A stretch of DNA of 64,000 bases from positions 18,136-82,135 of the forward strand of contig CAWAAX010000006.1 in assembly GCA_963780225.1 (NCBI GenBank). The letters are read 5' to 3'. This stretch comes from an uncultured bacterium (GTDB taxonomy: Bacteria > Edwardsbacteria > AC1 > EtOH8). How positions within the stretch are numbered: the first letter of the stretch is position 1; every line of letters starts with the position of its first letter. The position numbers and the translations under genes are program-made. The notes under the pieces were generated by a model that worked only from the letters and a program-made list of their open reading frames with translations, made no database searches and was not told the DNA's origin. Shown here piece by piece: positions 17,037 through 26,385 of the stretch.

Positions 17037-17255
17037 ATGATCACAATTCACAAACAACTCTGCGGCCAGTGCGGCCTGTGCCCGGGCGTATGCCCGGTGC
17101 AGGCCCTGGTGCTCCATGCCTGGGGCCTGGAAGTTGACGATAAAAAATGCACCGGCTGCGGGCAGTGCGTTACAGTGTGCCCCACCGGGGCTCTGACCTC
17201 ACCCTCCGCCTCTGCTGATGCTACGGCGGACGGGCGCCCCTCTCATAACTCATAA
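17037..17255 (+). CDS. 2x[4Fe-4S] ferredoxin
   Basis: 'CGQCGLCPGVCP' and 'CTGCGQCVTVCP'. Confidence 0.8.
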   Translation: MITIHKQLCGQCGLCPGVCPVQALVLHAWGLEVDDKKCTGCGQCVTVCPTGALTSPSASADATADGRPSHNS

Positions 17256-17290
17256 GGTGAGGGAGTAGTGAACAGGTCAAAAGGAGGCAA

Positions 17291-18049
17291 ATGATCTACC
17301 AACAACTGCTGAAAACCGCCAAGCAAAAGGGCTCGAATTTCCTGGTCCTTTTGGACCCCGACAAGTGCAAAAAACAGGACGCGGCCAAGATCGGCCAGGC
17401 CTTGAACGACGCCGGGGCCGATGGCATCCTGTTCGGCACCAGCCTGCTGATGTCCAACCAGATCGACGACACCATCAAGGCCTTAAAGCAGAACTTCAAA
17501 CAGCCGGTGATCATATTCCCCGGCAGCGCCTACCAGGTCTCGCCGCACGCCGATGCCATCCTGTACCTGTCGCTGGTCTCGGGCCGCAATGCGGAACTAT
17601 TGATCGGTGAGCAGGTCAAGGCCGCGCCCATGCTGAAAGCCTCGGGCCTGGAGGTGATCCCCACCGGCTACATGTTGATCGAGTCCGGCAAGCTGACCTC
17701 GGCCAACTACATGAGTCACACCATGCCCATCCCCCGGGACAAGTCCGACATCGCCATGGCCCACGCCCTGGCCGCCCGGATGCTGGGGATGAAGCTGATC
17801 TACATGGACGCCGGCAGCGGCGCCCAGCAGAGCGTCCCAGAGGAGATGATCGCCGGGGTGGCCAAATATGCCGAGCTTCCCGTTGTGGTGGGAGGCGGCA
17901 TCAAAACGCCCGAGGACGCCGGGGCCAAGGCCCGGGCCGGGGCCGCCGCGGTGGTGGTGGGGAACATTTTGGAGAAGAAGGGCAACATCAAGACGGCGGC
18001 GGATTTCGCCAGGGCTATTCACTTCAGGGCGAAAACAAACCGGGGCTAA
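17291..18049 (+). CDS. Geranylgeranylglyceryl/heptaprenylglyceryl phosphate synthase family protein (PcrB/GGGPS)
   Basis: 'LVLLDPDK...ADGILFGTS...IIFPGS...LIYMDAGSGA...VVVGGGIKT' follows the GGGPS/PcrB TIM-barrel pattern. A GGAGG RBS precedes the ATG. Confidence 0.7.
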   Translation: MIYQQLLKTAKQKGSNFLVLLDPDKCKKQDAAKIGQALNDAGADGILFGTSLLMSNQIDDTIKALKQNFKQPVIIFPGSAYQVSPHADAILYLSLVSGRNAELLIGEQVKAAPMLKASGLEVIPTGYMLIESGKLTSANYMSHTMPIPRDKSDIAMAHALAARMLGMKLIYMDAGSGAQQSVPEEMIAGVAKYAELPVVVGGGIKTPEDAGAKARAGAAAVVVGNILEKKGNIKTAADFARAIHFRAKTNRG

Positions 18050-18545
18050 CCACGGAAACACGGAATTTATGAAAACACGGAAACATATAAAATGATTTGT
18101 TTGATTACGTTAGGTGTGTTTATATATGAGTATAGTAAGATCTGACCATTTGGAATTAGAAGAATTAACAGGGAATATTATTTCTTGCGGAATAGAAGTC
18201 CATAAAAAACTAGGTCCCGGATTTCTGGAATCGCTATATGAATCTGCTTTGCTGGTAGAACTTCAAAAAAGAGGCTTGCATACCACAAGTCAAAAGGAGA
18301 TCAGGGTATTTTATGACGGATTTGAAATTGGCGTACACCGGCTGGACATTGTCGTAGAGAATAAAGTTATTGTTGAACTTAAAGCGGTCGCTGAACTTGA
18401 CCAATGCCATAAAGCACAGTTGCTGTCATATCTCAAGGCTAGTCATTTAAAAATTGGGTTACTGTTAAATTTTTCTAAAAATATTCTCCAGGTGAAAAGG
18501 ATGGCATATTGATTCCCAGAATTCCTCATTCAGTGTTTCCGTGGT
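18048..18545. repeat. Matched inverted-repeat pair enclosing a GxxExxY gene
   Basis: The left arm aaccacggaaacacggaatttatgaaaacacggaaacatataaa (18048-18091) is complementary to the right arm cagtgtttccgtggt (18531-18545). The core is accacggaaacac. Confidence 0.6.
18126..18512 (+). CDS. GxxExxY family protein, paralog 2
   Basis: 'HKKLGPGFLESLYESAL...IVVENKVIVELKAV' is paralogous to 8443 and 27504. The ORF-track start at 18114 is GTG; the ATG at 18126 is the more likely start. Confidence 0.8.
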   Translation: MSIVRSDHLELEELTGNIISCGIEVHKKLGPGFLESLYESALLVELQKRGLHTTSQKEIRVFYDGFEIGVHRLDIVVENKVIVELKAVAELDQCHKAQLLSYLKASHLKIGLLLNFSKNILQVKRMAY

Positions 18546-18577
18546 AAAATAAATATAACTAAATATAGGAGTCAGCA

Positions 18578-19312
18578 ATGAAAGGCGTCATCTTAGCCGG
18601 CGGCCTGGGATCCAGGCTGCGCCCATTGACCAGCATCACCAACAAGCACCTGCTGCCGGTATACGACCGGCCCATGATCTACTATCCCATCCAGACCCTG
18701 GTGGAGGCGGGGGTACAGGACATCATGCTGGTGACCGGCGGAAACGCGGCCGGGGACTTCTTAAGACTGCTGGGTAATGGCGAGGAATTCGGGCTTAAGC
18801 ACATCAATTACACCTACCAGAAGCGCGAGGGCGGGATCGCCGAGGCCTTGGGCCTCTGCCGGCATTTCGTGGGCAAGGACAAGGTGGTGGTGATGCTGGG
18901 CGACAACATCCTGGACGGATCCATCAAAAAGGCGGTCAGCGACTTCGACAAGCAGGAATCGGGCGCCAAGATCTTTTTAAAGACCGTGGACAACCCAAGG
19001 GAATACGGGGTGGCCGAGCTGAAGGGCCCGCTGGTCAAGAACATCATAGAGAAGCCCAAGAACCCCAAGAGCAACTACGCCGTCATCGGCATCTACATGT
19101 ATGACGCCCAGGTCTGGAACATCCTGAAAACCCTGAAGCCCTCGGGCCGGGGAGAGCTGGAGATCACCGACGTCAACAATGCCTTCATCCAGAAAGGCCA
19201 CATGACCTACGAGATCATCAAGGGCTGGTGGGGCGACGCCGGGTCGTCCATCGAGGACCTGTGGCGGGTCAACCACTACATCGGACAGAAGGCGGAGCGG
19301 GCCAAGCGATGA
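18578..19312 (+). CDS. Sugar-phosphate nucleotidyltransferase (RmlA-like short form)
   Basis: 'KGVILAGGLGSRLRPLTSITNKHLLPVYDRPMIYY' is the NTP-transferase signature. Confidence 0.8.
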   Translation: MKGVILAGGLGSRLRPLTSITNKHLLPVYDRPMIYYPIQTLVEAGVQDIMLVTGGNAAGDFLRLLGNGEEFGLKHINYTYQKREGGIAEALGLCRHFVGKDKVVVMLGDNILDGSIKKAVSDFDKQESGAKIFLKTVDNPREYGVAELKGPLVKNIIEKPKNPKSNYAVIGIYMYDAQVWNILKTLKPSGRGELEITDVNNAFIQKGHMTYEIIKGWWGDAGSSIEDLWRVNHYIGQKAERAKR

Positions 19313-20154
19313 TCCTGGTCACCGGGGCCAAGGGGATGCTGGGCACCGACCTCTGCACCGAGCTCAGCGCCCAGCACCAGGTCACCGGAGTGGACCTGGG
19401 CGATTTTGACCTGTCGCACAAGGAGGCGGTGGAGGCCATCGCCGACCTTAACCCCCAACTGGTGGTGCACTGCGCGGCCATGACCAATGTGGACGGCTGC
19501 GAGACCGATCCCGACCGGGCCTATCTGGTCAACGGGCTGGGCACCAGGCACGCGGCTTTGGCCTGCCAAAAACTGGACATCCCTCTGCTGTACATCAGCA
19601 CCGACTTCGTGTTCGACGGGACCAAGCGTGAGCCTTATTACGAATGGGACAGCCCCAATCCCCTGGGACACTACGGCCGTTCCAAGCTGGCGGGGGAGAC
19701 GGAGGTAAGATCTCTCCTTAACAAGTATTACATCGTTCGCACTTCCTGGCTCTACGGTCCAAACGGCAAGAATTTTGTGGCCAGCATCCTCAAGAAGGCA
19801 CGGGAGACGGGCCAGGTCAAAGTGGTGGACGACCAGACCGGCTCGCCCACCTACACCCGCGATCTTTGCAATGCCCTGTCAATGCTGGTTCAGAGCAACC
19901 TGTACGGGGTCTATCACCTCAGCAACTCCGGGTCCTGCAGCTGGCATCAGTTCGCCAAAGCCGCCATGCAGCACGCCGGGGTCAAGGCCGATCTGCTTCC
20001 CATCAAATCGCATGAATATCCCACCCCCACCAAACGGCCGGCCTATTCGGTGTTGAACAATTTCGCCTGGAACAAGGAGTTTAAAACACCATTAAGGCAC
20101 TGGGAAGAGGGCTTAAAGGATTACATCCGTGAAACCATGCATGTGCAATGTTGA
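19309..20154 (+). CDS. rmlD: dTDP-4-dehydrorhamnose reductase
   Basis: 'MILVTGAKGMLGTDL...YISTDFVFDG...YGRSKLAGE'. It starts 4 bp before the upstream stop (ATGA overlap). Confidence 0.85.
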   Translation: MILVTGAKGMLGTDLCTELSAQHQVTGVDLGDFDLSHKEAVEAIADLNPQLVVHCAAMTNVDGCETDPDRAYLVNGLGTRHAALACQKLDIPLLYISTDFVFDGTKREPYYEWDSPNPLGHYGRSKLAGETEVRSLLNKYYIVRTSWLYGPNGKNFVASILKKARETGQVKVVDDQTGSPTYTRDLCNALSMLVQSNLYGVYHLSNSGSCSWHQFAKAAMQHAGVKADLLPIKSHEYPTPTKRPAYSVLNNFAWNKEFKTPLRHWEEGLKDYIRETMHVQC

Positions 20155-20270
20155 AAAATGAGGGCGGCCATTTGGTAGACATGAGCCACATGATTCTTCA
20201 TAACTGAAAGGTTAGAAAATCCTGTTAATCCTGTCAAAAAATATAACCTATAAGTTCATAAATCAACGAT

Positions 20271-20858
20271 ATGAAACAAAACAAAGAGATCCAGGCCGTA
20301 AAGGCCGAGCTTTATAAAAGCTCGTTCGCCCTGCAGCAGACCGCGGTTCTGCAGGCCGCCAACATCCACCAGGCGGCGGAGATGATCCACCGGACCTTAA
20401 AGACCGGGGGAAAACTTTTGATCTGCGGCAACGGGGGCAGCGCGGCCGACAGCCAGCATGTGGCCACCGAGCTGGTGGTGCGGTTCCAGAAGGAGCGAAA
20501 GGCCCTGGCCGCTTTGGCGTTGACCACCGACACCTCGCTTCTGACCGCCGAGGCCAACGACCACGGCTTCGACACCATCTTTTCCCGCCAGGTGGAGGCC
20601 TTGGGTAAAAAGGGGGACGTGCTGCTGGCCATCAGCACCAGCGGCAATTCGGCCAATGTGCTCAAGGCGGTGCAGTCCGCCAGAAAGCTGGGACTGGCAA
20701 CAATAGGCCTGTCCGGAGGAACCGGGGGGAAACTGAAGAAGGCCTGCCACCTGTGCCTGCTGGCCCCGGGCGGCGCCACCTGCCGGATCCAGGAATGCCA
20801 CCTGGCCATGGAGCATGTTATCTGCGACCTAGTGGAAGGCTGGCTGGGTAAAAAATAA
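20271..20858 (+). CDS. gmhA: D-sedoheptulose-7-phosphate isomerase (SIS domain)
   Basis: '[18 protein letters not shown]...[10 protein letters not shown]' aligns with GmhA. Confidence 0.85.
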   Translation: MKQNKEIQAVKAELYKSSFALQQTAVLQAANIHQAAEMIHRTLKTGGKLLICGNGGSAADSQHVATELVVRFQKERKALAALALTTDTSLLTAEANDHGFDTIFSRQVEALGKKGDVLLAISTSGNSANVLKAVQSARKLGLATIGLSGGTGGKLKKACHLCLLAPGGATCRIQECHLAMEHVICDLVEGWLGKK

Positions 20859-20899
20859 TATTGCCCAGGCACGAATAAACAATAAAATACTGATGACCC

Positions 20900-21820
20900 A
20901 TGAACAACCGCTGGAAGATATTCAAGAACCTGGACATCCGCCTGGCCTCGCTGGTGCTGGCCATGCTGATGTGGTTCCATGCCGCCACCGAGCGGGAGTA
21001 TCAGCAGAAGATCTACTGTCCGGTGCTGGTGTCCAACATTCCGTCCGGTTTTGTGCTGGCGGCCACGCCCCCCCTGGTGCCCTGCCAGATAAAGGCCAAG
21101 GGCAAGGACATGATAGTCTTCAAGCTTAATCCCCCAAGAGTGCTGGCGGATATGGCCAACCGCCAGGTGAAAAAACTGACCTTCGATCTGTCGCCGGAAC
21201 TGCTTCGATACCCCTTCAACCTGAAAGCGGTGGAGGCAGCTTTCGTGATCAGCGAGATCACGGTCAACCTGGACCGTTTGGGGCAGAAGGAGGTCCGGGT
21301 GCTGCCCGATGTCTCCGGCATTCCGGCCAGCGGTTACATCGTCTGCGACAGCACGTCCGCCGAGCCTTCGCTGGTGATCATCTCCGGGCCCCAGCGCCTG
21401 CTGGAAAAAATTGACAGTGTTTACACCTGGCCGGTTAAGGTGGACGGCAGGTCGGAGAACCAGCGGGTCCGCTGCCGGGTGGCCCCCCCCGACACCCTGT
21501 TGTTCAGGGCGGAACCGGAATCGGTGTGGGTGAAGCTTTGCTTTGAAAAGACCCAGGAGAGGTTGTATAAAAACGTACCGGTGGCGCTTTTGAACCGGGG
21601 CCAGGGTTATCTGGTCAGCTTTTCGCCGGGGACCATCGACCTGGCGGTATCCGGACCCCAGCAGGTGCTGCAGCAGGCCGAGGCCGGGCAGTTCAAGATC
21701 ACCCTGGACCTGAAGGGGCTGGCCCCGGGCCATCACCGCCTGCAGGCCGTGATCGAGCTGCCGGACAAGCTGGAGCTGATCGCCGCCGATCCCCGCGACT
21801 TTGAGGTGGACATCAAATGA
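20900..21820 (+). CDS. YbbR-like domain protein with an N-terminal TM anchor
   Basis: It has an N-terminal hydrophobic segment and repeated ~80-aa beta-rich modules typical of YbbR/CdaR-like proteins. It overlaps the tsaD start. Confidence 0.4.
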   Translation: MNNRWKIFKNLDIRLASLVLAMLMWFHAATEREYQQKIYCPVLVSNIPSGFVLAATPPLVPCQIKAKGKDMIVFKLNPPRVLADMANRQVKKLTFDLSPELLRYPFNLKAVEAAFVISEITVNLDRLGQKEVRVLPDVSGIPASGYIVCDSTSAEPSLVIISGPQRLLEKIDSVYTWPVKVDGRSENQRVRCRVAPPDTLLFRAEPESVWVKLCFEKTQERLYKNVPVALLNRGQGYLVSFSPGTIDLAVSGPQQVLQQAEAGQFKITLDLKGLAPGHHRLQAVIELPDKLELIAADPRDFEVDIK

Positions 21821-22842
21821 TGATCTTAGGGATCGAAACTTCCTGCGATGAGACGGCCGCCGCGGTGGTGCTGGACGGCAAAAAGATACTGTCCGACGTC
21901 ATCTATTCCCAGACGGTGCACCGGCAGTACGGCGGAGTGGTGCCGGAGCTGGCTTCGCGCGACCACCTGAAGAAGATCGTTCCGGTGGTCAGGGAGGCTT
22001 TGACCCAGGCCGGAATATCTCCCAGCCAAATAGACGCCGTGGCCGCCACCAGCCGGCCCGGCTTAGCCGGAGCCCTGTTAGTGGGCTTTTGTTTTGCCCG
22101 GGGGCTGGCTCAAAGCCTGGACGTTCCCTTCGTTTCGGTCAACCACGTGGAGGCCCACGCCCAGGCCGCTTTTCTGGCAGATCCGGAACTGAAGGTCCCC
22201 GCCGTGGCCCTGGTGGTCTCGGGCGGCCATACTTCGCTTTTTTACATTGATGCCGGGTTCCGGTTCTCCCTGATGGGCCAGACCCTGGACGACGCCGCCG
22301 GCGAGGCTTTTGACAAAGTGGCCAAACTTTTGGGGCTGGGTTATCCCGGCGGACCGGTCATTGAACAGAGGGCAAAGCTGTCAACTTCCGGCAGGATCAT
22401 TTTCCCCAAAGCCATGCTGGGGGCCCAAAGCCTGGATTTCTCCTTCTCGGGGCTCAAGACGGCGGTCCTGAATTACGTGCTGGATCCCAAGAACGGCGGG
22501 CGGGAGAATTTGTCCGGGGAAATGATCAACGATATCTGCAATGGTTTTCAAACGGCGGCCTGTGCGGTGCTGGTGGAAAAGCTGAAAAGGGCCTGCGACC
22601 TGGCCTGCTGCCAAAACGCCGCGGTGGCCGGCGGGGTGGCCGCCAACGGCTTTCTGCGCCAAAGCCTGGCCGGGCTGGAGCGGAGGGAAGGCCTGAAAAT
22701 AGTGATCCCCAGCGTCCGGCTCTGCACCGACAACGCGGCCATGGTGGCGGCCTGCGCTTCCAGGATGCTGGACCAGGGCCAAAAAATATCTGACAATACC
22801 GTACAAGCAAGGGTCACATGGCCGAAATATCAAAATACCTGA
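21817..22842 (+). CDS. tsaD: tRNA N6-adenosine threonylcarbamoyltransferase
   Basis: 'ILGIETSCDETAAAVV' plus Kae1/Gcp-family motifs. Confidence 0.92.
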   Translation: MMILGIETSCDETAAAVVLDGKKILSDVIYSQTVHRQYGGVVPELASRDHLKKIVPVVREALTQAGISPSQIDAVAATSRPGLAGALLVGFCFARGLAQSLDVPFVSVNHVEAHAQAAFLADPELKVPAVALVVSGGHTSLFYIDAGFRFSLMGQTLDDAAGEAFDKVAKLLGLGYPGGPVIEQRAKLSTSGRIIFPKAMLGAQSLDFSFSGLKTAVLNYVLDPKNGGRENLSGEMINDICNGFQTAACAVLVEKLKRACDLACCQNAAVAGGVAANGFLRQSLAGLERREGLKIVIPSVRLCTDNAAMVAACASRMLDQGQKISDNTVQARVTWPKYQNT

Positions 22843-23423
22843 ACTGGCCCAAACTCATCCTGGCCTCGGGCTCGCCCCGGCGCAAAAGCCTGCTGCAGGC
22901 GGTGGGGGCGGATTTCAAGGCGGTCAATCCCATGGTCGATGAGGACGGGATAGAAAATCTTACGCCTGAGACCGCGGTCAGGCAGCTGGCCAAAGAAAAG
23001 GCCCAGGAGGTCAGGGCCCGCCTTTCCCCGGCCGATCGAAAGCGCCTGATCGTGTCCGCCGACACGGTGGTGGCTTACCGGCACCATATACTAGGAAAGC
23101 CCATTGATCCAGCTGATGCAGACCGGATGCTGAAAATGCTCTCCGGCCGCTGGCACCAGGTCTATACCGGCCTGTGCCTGATATCCCCGCTTGACGGCAG
23201 GATCATCACCGGTTACGAGGTCACCAAAGTCAAATTCCGCCATTTGTCTTCAACTTATATCAACAATTACGTGGCCTCGGGCGAGCCGCTGGACAAGGCC
23301 GGGGCCTACGGGATACAGGAGCTGGGGGCCCTGATAGTGGAAAAGGTGGACGGCTGCTATTTCAACGTGGTGGGTCTGCCGCTGGTGAAGCTGGACAAGA
23401 TGATCAGGAGACTCAATCTATAA
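22818..23423 (+). CDS. maf: Maf-like nucleoside triphosphate pyrophosphatase
   Basis: 'ILASGSPRRKSLL...YRTKALGYGIQELG'-type Maf motifs. Confidence 0.85.
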   Translation: MAEISKYLNWPKLILASGSPRRKSLLQAVGADFKAVNPMVDEDGIENLTPETAVRQLAKEKAQEVRARLSPADRKRLIVSADTVVAYRHHILGKPIDPADADRMLKMLSGRWHQVYTGLCLISPLDGRIITGYEVTKVKFRHLSSTYINNYVASGEPLDKAGAYGIQELGALIVEKVDGCYFNVVGLPLVKLDKMIRRLNL

Positions 23424-23436
23424 CCGGGGACCGTTT

Positions 23437-23459
23437 TTATCCGCAGATTTAGCAGATTA
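23437..23459 (+). promoter_or_regulatory. TTATCCGCAGATTTAGCAGATTA intergenic motif, third copy
   Basis: It shares the core with 6169 and 11254 and lies between maf and mtnA. Confidence 0.35.
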
Positions 23460-23585
23460 AATAAAATAATGATTATTCGATAGTAAATACGGTTTTACAA
23501 AATAATATTTCCTGTCCTTCCTGGCTTCCTTATATGAAAATTCCCCGGTTTCTTCAGTGCTAATATATATTAAACCCTAAGGTGA

Positions 23586-24635
23586 TTGGATAACATGATC
23601 AAACCCATCGAATGGAAGAACGAAGGCATAGCGTTGATAGACCAGCGGGAGCTGCCGGGGCGGCTCAAATACCTGAACTGCAATACGGTGGAAAAGCTGG
23701 CCTGGGCCATCGAAACCCTGGCGGTGCGCGGCGCTCCGCTGATCGGCATAGCCGGGGCCTACGGCCTGGCGCTGGGGGTCAGGCATTCTTCCAAGACCAG
23801 CCTACCAAAGGATTTTGAGACCGCCTTTCAGCGGATCAAGATCACCCGGCCCACCGCGGTCAACCTGTTCTGGGCGCTGGGAAGGATGCAGCAGACATTC
23901 GATGCCCTGAACAAAAAAGGCGCCGCCTTGCCTGAGGTCAAAGAAGGGCTGCTGGCCGAAGCAATAAAAATCCAGGCCGAAGACGCCGCCACCTGCGCCC
24001 GGATCGGGAAAAACGGGAGCTCTTTGATAAAACCCGGCTCCAGCATCCTGACCCACTGCAACAGCGGGGCCCTGGCCACCGGGGGCATCGGAACCGCCCT
24101 GGGGGTGATCTTCACCGCCCACAAACAGGGCCGGATCAAAATGGTCTATGCCGGCGAGACCCGGCCCCTGCTGCAGGGCTCCCGGCTGACCGCCTGGGAA
24201 CTGAAACAGGAGAAGGTCCCGGCCACCCTGATCTGCGACAACATGGCGGCTTTTTTGATGGCCCAGAAAAAGATCGATTGCGTGATAGTGGGGGCCGACC
24301 GGATCGCCCGGAACGGCGATTTTGCCAACAAGATAGGCACTTACAGCGTGGCGGTGGCCGCCAAATACCATGGTCTGCCGTTCTACGTGGCGGCGCCGCT
24401 GTCCACCTTTGATTTCAGGATCAAGACCGGGAAGCAGATACCAATCGAACAGAGAAAACCGGAAGAGGTCAGGTCCTTCGGCCAGTCGGTCACCGCCCCG
24501 GCGGACATCGGCGTCTACAATCCGTCGTTTGACGTGACTCCTGGGAACTTGGTGACGGCTTTCATCACCGAGAAGGGAATAGTAAAGCCGCCCTATATCA
24601 AAAACATCCCGGGACTTAATTGCAACAAAAACTGA
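23586..24635 (+). CDS. mtnA: S-methyl-5-thioribose-1-phosphate isomerase (eIF-2B-like family)
   Basis: 'IEWKNEGIALIDQRELP...VRGAPLIGIAGAYGLAL...VGADRIA' is the MtnA pattern. Confidence 0.85.
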   Translation: MDNMIKPIEWKNEGIALIDQRELPGRLKYLNCNTVEKLAWAIETLAVRGAPLIGIAGAYGLALGVRHSSKTSLPKDFETAFQRIKITRPTAVNLFWALGRMQQTFDALNKKGAALPEVKEGLLAEAIKIQAEDAATCARIGKNGSSLIKPGSSILTHCNSGALATGGIGTALGVIFTAHKQGRIKMVYAGETRPLLQGSRLTAWELKQEKVPATLICDNMAAFLMAQKKIDCVIVGADRIARNGDFANKIGTYSVAVAAKYHGLPFYVAAPLSTFDFRIKTGKQIPIEQRKPEEVRSFGQSVTAPADIGVYNPSFDVTPGNLVTAFITEKGIVKPPYIKNIPGLNCNKN

Positions 24636-24677
24636 AATATTCCAGGTTCCATTGAGCCATAAACACTCTATTTCCTA

Positions 24678-24706
24678 TTGACAAATCAAACACTTCAGAA
24701 TATAAT
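24678..24706 (+). promoter_or_regulatory. Sigma70-like promoter upstream of the TPR gene
   Basis: TTGACA (24678-24683), a 17-bp spacer, then TATAAT (24701-24706). Confidence 0.5.
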
Positions 24707-24792
24707 ATAACTTAGCCTAATTGCTTAAAGTTATGACAATTTAGGTTGATAATGCTGTTCCTAAATACATTCATTTTTCATGGAGAGGGCCA

Positions 24793-26268
24793 ATGGCAAA
24801 TGAAAATTTAAAATTATCTCCGGAGATCGAACAGTTCACCCAAAAATTGGTGGCTGACCCTAAATCGCGGGTCTTTGCCCAGTTAGCCGATGCCTACCGC
24901 AAGGTTGGTATGACTGACGAAGCCATAGCCACCGCCAAAAAGGGACTGGAGCATCATCCGGCGTATGCCACCGCCCATTTGATACTGGGGCGGTGTTATC
25001 TGGAAAAACAGATGTACGCCCTGGCCCGGGAGGAATTTGAGTCCACCATCAAGAACGATCCCCAGAATCTGGTGGGGTATAAACTGTTGGCTGGTACTTA
25101 CGAAAAACAGAATATGTTTGCCGAAGCGGTAAAGTTTTACCAGATGGTGCTTGACATGGAGCCCAGCGACATAGATCTGGCCGAAAAGGTGGCCTCTTTA
25201 AAAACCAAACAGGATGAAAGGCCCCAGGCCGTTCCGGAGCCGGAACCTGTCCCCCAACCCGCCCCGGCTTTGGAGATAGTCCAAAAAGAAGCTGAGGCAG
25301 CGCCCGTTAAGGAAGAACCGGCGGCGGAAGAAAAAACTTTGGAACTGAAATCTGAAGAACCGGTAAAAAAAGAGGAAGCGGCGTTCTCGGCTGAGGCTAT
25401 ACCATTCCCCGAGGTTCTGGCTGAAACAGAATCCGAAACGATACCGGTGTTGGAAGCACCGCAACCGGAAAGCGAACCAACAGAAGAACCTCCGGTGATA
25501 AAAGAGGAAAACGCCGAAGCACCGGAGTCTATCCCAGCCGAAGCCAAAGAAAAACAGATCAAAACCGAAGTGCCTGAAACCAAGGCAGAAGAAAAATCGG
25601 AGGCTACTGTTACCCTGGCCGAGATTTATGTTCAGCAGGGTTTTTATGAAAAAGCCGTGGAGGTATACCGGGAACTGATCTCCACCGAGCCGGATAACGG
25701 GGATTACAAAGCCCGGATGGATGAACTGCTGGAAAAGGCCTATCCAGAAGCAACCCCGGGTGCAGTAACGGAAGATAAAAAAGAGACAGCCGGACTGATT
25801 CCGGAACCTGTTACCAGGCCTCAGGAGCAACCGGATATTCATGCCAAGTTAGAACCGCCTGCCCCGGAACCACCGGTCATCGCAGCCGAAGAAAAGAAGG
25901 AATTGATTCCGGAAGCACTCTCCTCTGCCAAGGCTGTAGCGGACATGTCAGCAGATATATTTGGCGGGATGTTCGACAAATTGGAACCAAAGGTTGCCGA
26001 ATCAAAGTCCTCGGAGCAGGATGATATTTTGGCCAAGGCCTTTGCCCCGGCAGAGCATTCCAATCCTATGACCCAGCTAACAGAGAAAAAATCCGAACCC
26101 CAGCCAATTCCCGAACCGGCCAAGGAAACGCCAGTGGATTTTTCAGCCTTATTCTCGGATGCTCCGAAAACTCAGGATAATCAGGATTCTGCCGAACCGG
26201 AGAAAAAAGCTGAAAGCGAGAACACAGTCAGCAGCTTTCAGTCCTGGCTGTCGTCTTTGCAAAAATAA
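24793..26268 (+). CDS. Tetratricopeptide-repeat protein with a long E/P/K-rich low-complexity linker
   Basis: TPR-like helices occupy the N-terminus, and again near 'LAEIYVQQGFYEKAVEVYRELI'. A biased E/P/K/A tract lies between them. Confidence 0.6.
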   Translation: MANENLKLSPEIEQFTQKLVADPKSRVFAQLADAYRKVGMTDEAIATAKKGLEHHPAYATAHLILGRCYLEKQMYALAREEFESTIKNDPQNLVGYKLLAGTYEKQNMFAEAVKFYQMVLDMEPSDIDLAEKVASLKTKQDERPQAVPEPEPVPQPAPALEIVQKEAEAAPVKEEPAAEEKTLELKSEEPVKKEEAAFSAEAIPFPEVLAETESETIPVLEAPQPESEPTEEPPVIKEENAEAPESIPAEAKEKQIKTEVPETKAEEKSEATVTLAEIYVQQGFYEKAVEVYRELISTEPDNGDYKARMDELLEKAYPEATPGAVTEDKKETAGLIPEPVTRPQEQPDIHAKLEPPAPEPPVIAAEEKKELIPEALSSAKAVADMSADIFGGMFDKLEPKVAESKSSEQDDILAKAFAPAEHSNPMTQLTEKKSEPQPIPEPAKETPVDFSALFSDAPKTQDNQDSAEPEKKAESENTVSSFQSWLSSLQK

Positions 26269-26385
26269 ATAATATTTCCCCAACAAAATTGGTATTCACT
26301 TCTGCATACCGCCTCAGGGCGGTATGCCTTTAAGGGCCGCCCGGAACCATAAATATCCCATCTCACTTTAAATCCCGGAGTTATT

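Noticed and set aside
25137-25842. Overlapping - strand ORFs (148 aa and 214 aa) inside the TPR gene
   Set aside because: They are antisense to the E/P/K-rich low-complexity linker and their products are low-complexity.
26304-26327. Hairpin gcataccgcc-tcag-ggcggtatgc after the TPR gene as a terminator
   Set aside because: There is no downstream T-tract, so it was left uncalled.
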